NCBI GenBank assembly: GCA_002255985.1
Contig: NKIR01000014.1
Span: 3,919 to 67,918 of the forward strand
Reading direction: 5' to 3'
Length of the DNA: 64,000 nt
Source: Sphingomonadaceae bacterium PASS1
GTDB taxonomy: Bacteria; Pseudomonadota; Alphaproteobacteria; Sphingomonadales; Sphingomonadaceae
Shown in pieces: positions 61,340 through 64,000 of this stretch. Under the pieces are notes generated by a model that was not told the origin of the DNA, searched no databases, and saw only the letters and a program-made list of their open reading frames with translations. Each line of letters starts with the position of its first letter. Position 1 is the stretch's first letter. The translations under genes were made by a program, and so were the position numbers.

Positions 61340-63739
61340 ATGCATAATCAAAACGAGATAGCACACGCTGCTGTCCAATACGCCGAGCGCGGCTGGCATG
61401 TGTTTCCAGTCCCTCCCGGTACGAAGAAGAGCTACCTGTCCAAAAAGCATTCCGGCGGGCGCAACTGGGGCGCATCGGCTGACGTGTCTGGAGTAAAGCG
61501 CACATTCAAGAAATACCCTAAGGCCAACGTTGGAATTGTATGCGGACCAGACTCTGGGTTCTTTGTAATCGAAGCCGATACGGTCGAAGGACATAACGTA
61601 GACGGCGTTCGCAATCTTGCTGCGCTGTTTGAAGCGCACAGCCCTATTCCGGAAACGGTGACGGCGCGCTCTCCCAGCGGCTCGATGCATTACTATTTCC
61701 GTTGGCCTGAAGGGGTAGCAATCAAAAACAGTGCAGGCCAAATAGCTGTCGGTGTGGACGTTCGTGGTGATGGCGGGATGGTAATTGGCGTGCCTAGCGT
61801 CAAGCCGGGCTGCACAGCGCCTTATATGTGGCTGAACTCGCCAGAGACGACTGAATTGGCCGATTGTCCGGACTGGCTTCTGCAAATGTGCCTGAAGCCG
61901 GATAAGGTCAAAGTGGACCGCCAGCCGCCGACTAAGGCCGAACCAGTTGTGGATGATGCCACACGTTGGGCAGCAACAGCACTGCGTGAAGAGGTCGTCG
62001 CCGTTGAAATGGCGCAGGATGGGCAGCGAAACGCTCAGTTGAATAAGTCGGCGTTTAGTCTGGGCCAGATTGTCGGTGGCGGATATTTGGACGGACAGAC
62101 GGTCATCGCTGCGCTCACTAACGCTGCTTTGGCTGCTGGCCTTGATGACGCAGAGACGCGCGCAACGATCGAGAGCGGTATGGCGGCTGGATCAGATCAT
62201 CCGCGTGGACCCGCGATTGAAGTGCCAGCGCGATCTTTTGAGGAGATGATGGCACATGCAGGGACGCTCACAGAGGACGATTTAGACGAGGCGGGTGAAT
62301 TGGCTAACGAGGCCTACAATCTCCCATCTACCCGCCGTGAAGTAGTCCTGAAGGCTATTAAAATGGCGACGGGCATCTCATTAGCGGCTTTGCGTGAGTT
62401 TGGCGCGGCTGACCGTGCAGAACAATATGCGTCGGCTAATCCAGAGCCAGACCACCTTGACCTAGCTCGGGCGGTAATTGAACGGATAGGGCCACAGAAC
62501 ATCGTCGTGGATGGCGCTGGGTTCTGGCAATGGCGCGATAAGGGCGTTTGGCAACTTCAAGAAGAGGCTGTGCTTAAACAGGCGATCCAGTATGTGTTGG
62601 AGGAGCAAGGCGAGCGGGTTATAGCTAACACAGTTTCCGGGGTATCAACGACCTTGCGAAGCTACGCCTTTCAAAGAGACCATCGTTTTGACATCGGCAA
62701 TCCAGAGACAATTAACTGCCTGAACGGCCAGTTGGAACTGGACTGGTTGGGTGGCGAATTGGTTCCGCACAATCGTGAAGATTACCGAACGACGCAGATA
62801 CCTGTTGTCTACGATCACAGCGCGAAAGCTCCAATGTTCATGCAGTTTCTGGACGATGTGTTCCGGGACGATGAGGATAAAGAAGCCAAGAAGAAATCCC
62901 TTCTTGAGTTGATTGGCTACACGTTGACGTCCCATGCTCGCCATGAGAAGTTTGCTATCCTGATAGGCTCTGGGGCTAACGGCAAAAGCGTTCTGCTATC
63001 GGTCTTGGAGGCGCTCTGCGGGCATGAAAACGTGGCGGGTGTTCAGCCGAGCAACTTCGACAATAAGTTTCAGCGAGCGCATCTGCATGGCAAGTTGGCA
63101 AATATCGTCACGGAGCTAAGGCAGGGAGAAACCATTGCAGATGCGGAACTGAAGGCGATCACGTCAGGCGAACCAGCGACGGTTGAGCATAAGCACCAAA
63201 CGCCTTTCGTGATGAGGCCCTTTTCTACCTGTTGGTTCGGAACTAATCACATGCCGCACACGCGGGACTTCAGTCCGGCGTTGTTTAGGCGTGCCATCAT
63301 CTTGCGCTTCGGCCGGACGTTCGCAACGCATGAGCAAGACCCGAATTTAAAAGACAAGCTGATGACCGAACTGCCCGGTATATTGAACGAAGCGATCTGG
63401 GCGTACGAGCAAGCGGTGCTGGGCGGTAACGGCTTCACTGAAGCACCGTCATCGGTTGAAGAAAAGAAGGCTTGGCGCTTAGAGGCGGATCAGGTGGCGG
63501 GGTTTGTTGATGAATGCTGTTTCCGTGAACCTAATGGTGTGGTTCCGATTGGCGAACTATTTACGCTTTACGTGGACTGGGCAAAAGGTAGTGGCATTAA
63601 GCAAACGCTCAACAAGAAAAACTTCCGGTCGCGGCTCGATAACTTGGGTTTCCAGAAGGGGCCGAGGCGAGAGGCCCGATCAGTGTTGGGGCTGCAAATC
63701 GACCCAGTGACGCGAGCTGAGTTGGGGGGCTTCTATTAG
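61340..63739 (+). CDS. Bifunctional primase-polymerase fused to D5/SF3 helicase
   Basis: Prim-Pol N-terminus (GWHVFP, FVIEAD, SPSGSMHYYF, DVRGDGG), PriCT-like RN.QLN.SAF.LG, D5_N INCLNG, Walker A GSGANGKS. Confidence 0.92.
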   Translation: MHNQNEIAHAAVQYAERGWHVFPVPPGTKKSYLSKKHSGGRNWGASADVSGVKRTFKKYPKANVGIVCGPDSGFFVIEADTVEGHNVDGVRNLAALFEAHSPIPETVTARSPSGSMHYYFRWPEGVAIKNSAGQIAVGVDVRGDGGMVIGVPSVKPGCTAPYMWLNSPETTELADCPDWLLQMCLKPDKVKVDRQPPTKAEPVVDDATRWAATALREEVVAVEMAQDGQRNAQLNKSAFSLGQIVGGGYLDGQTVIAALTNAALAAGLDDAETRATIESGMAAGSDHPRGPAIEVPARSFEEMMAHAGTLTEDDLDEAGELANEAYNLPSTRREVVLKAIKMATGISLAALREFGAADRAEQYASANPEPDHLDLARAVIERIGPQNIVVDGAGFWQWRDKGVWQLQEEAVLKQAIQYVLEEQGERVIANTVSGVSTTLRSYAFQRDHRFDIGNPETINCLNGQLELDWLGGELVPHNREDYRTTQIPVVYDHSAKAPMFMQFLDDVFRDDEDKEAKKKSLLELIGYTLTSHARHEKFAILIGSGANGKSVLLSVLEALCGHENVAGVQPSNFDNKFQRAHLHGKLANIVTELRQGETIADAELKAITSGEPATVEHKHQTPFVMRPFSTCWFGTNHMPHTRDFSPALFRRAIILRFGRTFATHEQDPNLKDKLMTELPGILNEAIWAYEQAVLGGNGFTEAPSSVEEKKAWRLEADQVAGFVDECCFREPNGVVPIGELFTLYVDWAKGSGIKQTLNKKNFRSRLDNLGFQKGPRREARSVLGLQIDPVTRAELGGFY

Positions 63740-63743
63740 CGGC

Positions 63744-63844
63744 GTGACGCGTCCCGTGACGCATGTGTTTGGCTCAGGCCAGTGCGCAGTGTCGGTTTTC
63801 GGGCGTTTTTCGTACCAGCGTGACGTATGTGACGCAAGTGACGC
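63744..63844 (+). repeat. Iteron-like GTGACG(C/T) direct repeats (putative origin)
   Basis: Five copies at 63744, 63756, 63820, 63829 and 63838, immediately after the primase stop and followed by an AT-rich tract. Confidence 0.72.
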
Positions 63845-63852
63845 ATCTCAGA

Positions 63853-64000
63853 ACATTATTATGATATTGCAGCAGGTCATAATGTATTATTTTGATTTAT
63901 ATACGCAGGACCTAATTATATTTTATATATGTCGTGCAGTTAGGAAAGGTGGTGAGAATAAAAAAACAACAACACGAAAAACAGAATATCATAATAATGT
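63853..64000. repeat. Perfect inverted repeat of at least 16 bp flanking a 116-bp AT-rich spacer
   Basis: ACATTATTATGATATT (63853-63868) and AATATCATAATAATGT (63985-64000). Confidence 0.85.

Larger units (their letters stand above)
59008..64000 (+). mobile_element. Integrative phage-satellite/PICI-like element (left part; extends beyond window)
   Basis: att core, integrase, ORF, AlpA, Prim-Pol/SF3 helicase and iterons, all co-oriented; AT-rich flanks. Confidence 0.82.

Overview
Alphaproteobacterial chromosome segment, most likely Sphingomonadaceae (inferred from gene order and protein families). Most of the window is core genome: a TonB-dependent receptor, mtgA, rpoH, rluD, chpT, an amidase, RNase P RNA, sodB, yciB-ftsY-mtaB-dapF, ffh-rpsP-rimM-trmD-rplS, asd, marR-emrAB, an M2 peptidase, amn, ahcY-divL-tsaE-amgK-murU-addB-addA-trxA, argJ and secA. 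Five regions stand out. (1) A collapsed chemotaxis operon: a frameshifted, truncated cheA is fused to a stop-interrupted 3' fragment of cheR. (2) A DUF2946 (CruR-like) upstream ORF with a variant IGPP tail precedes a TBDR and a PepSY-TM gene. (3) An expanded sigma54/PspF-controlled psp operon carries a leader ORF, an internal CU-rich terminator-like hairpin, an unlisted 52-aa ORF and three extra PspB/C-like paralogs. (4) A signal-peptide ORF lies directly upstream of secA, in a SecM-like layout. (5) From about 59,008, the left part of a tRNA-Asn-integrated, phage-satellite-like element: att core, two IHF sites, arm repeats, integrase, AlpA, Prim-Pol/SF3 helicase, iterons and a 16-bp inverted repeat. 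This element runs off the right edge. All calls come from motif recognition by eye; no database searches were run.
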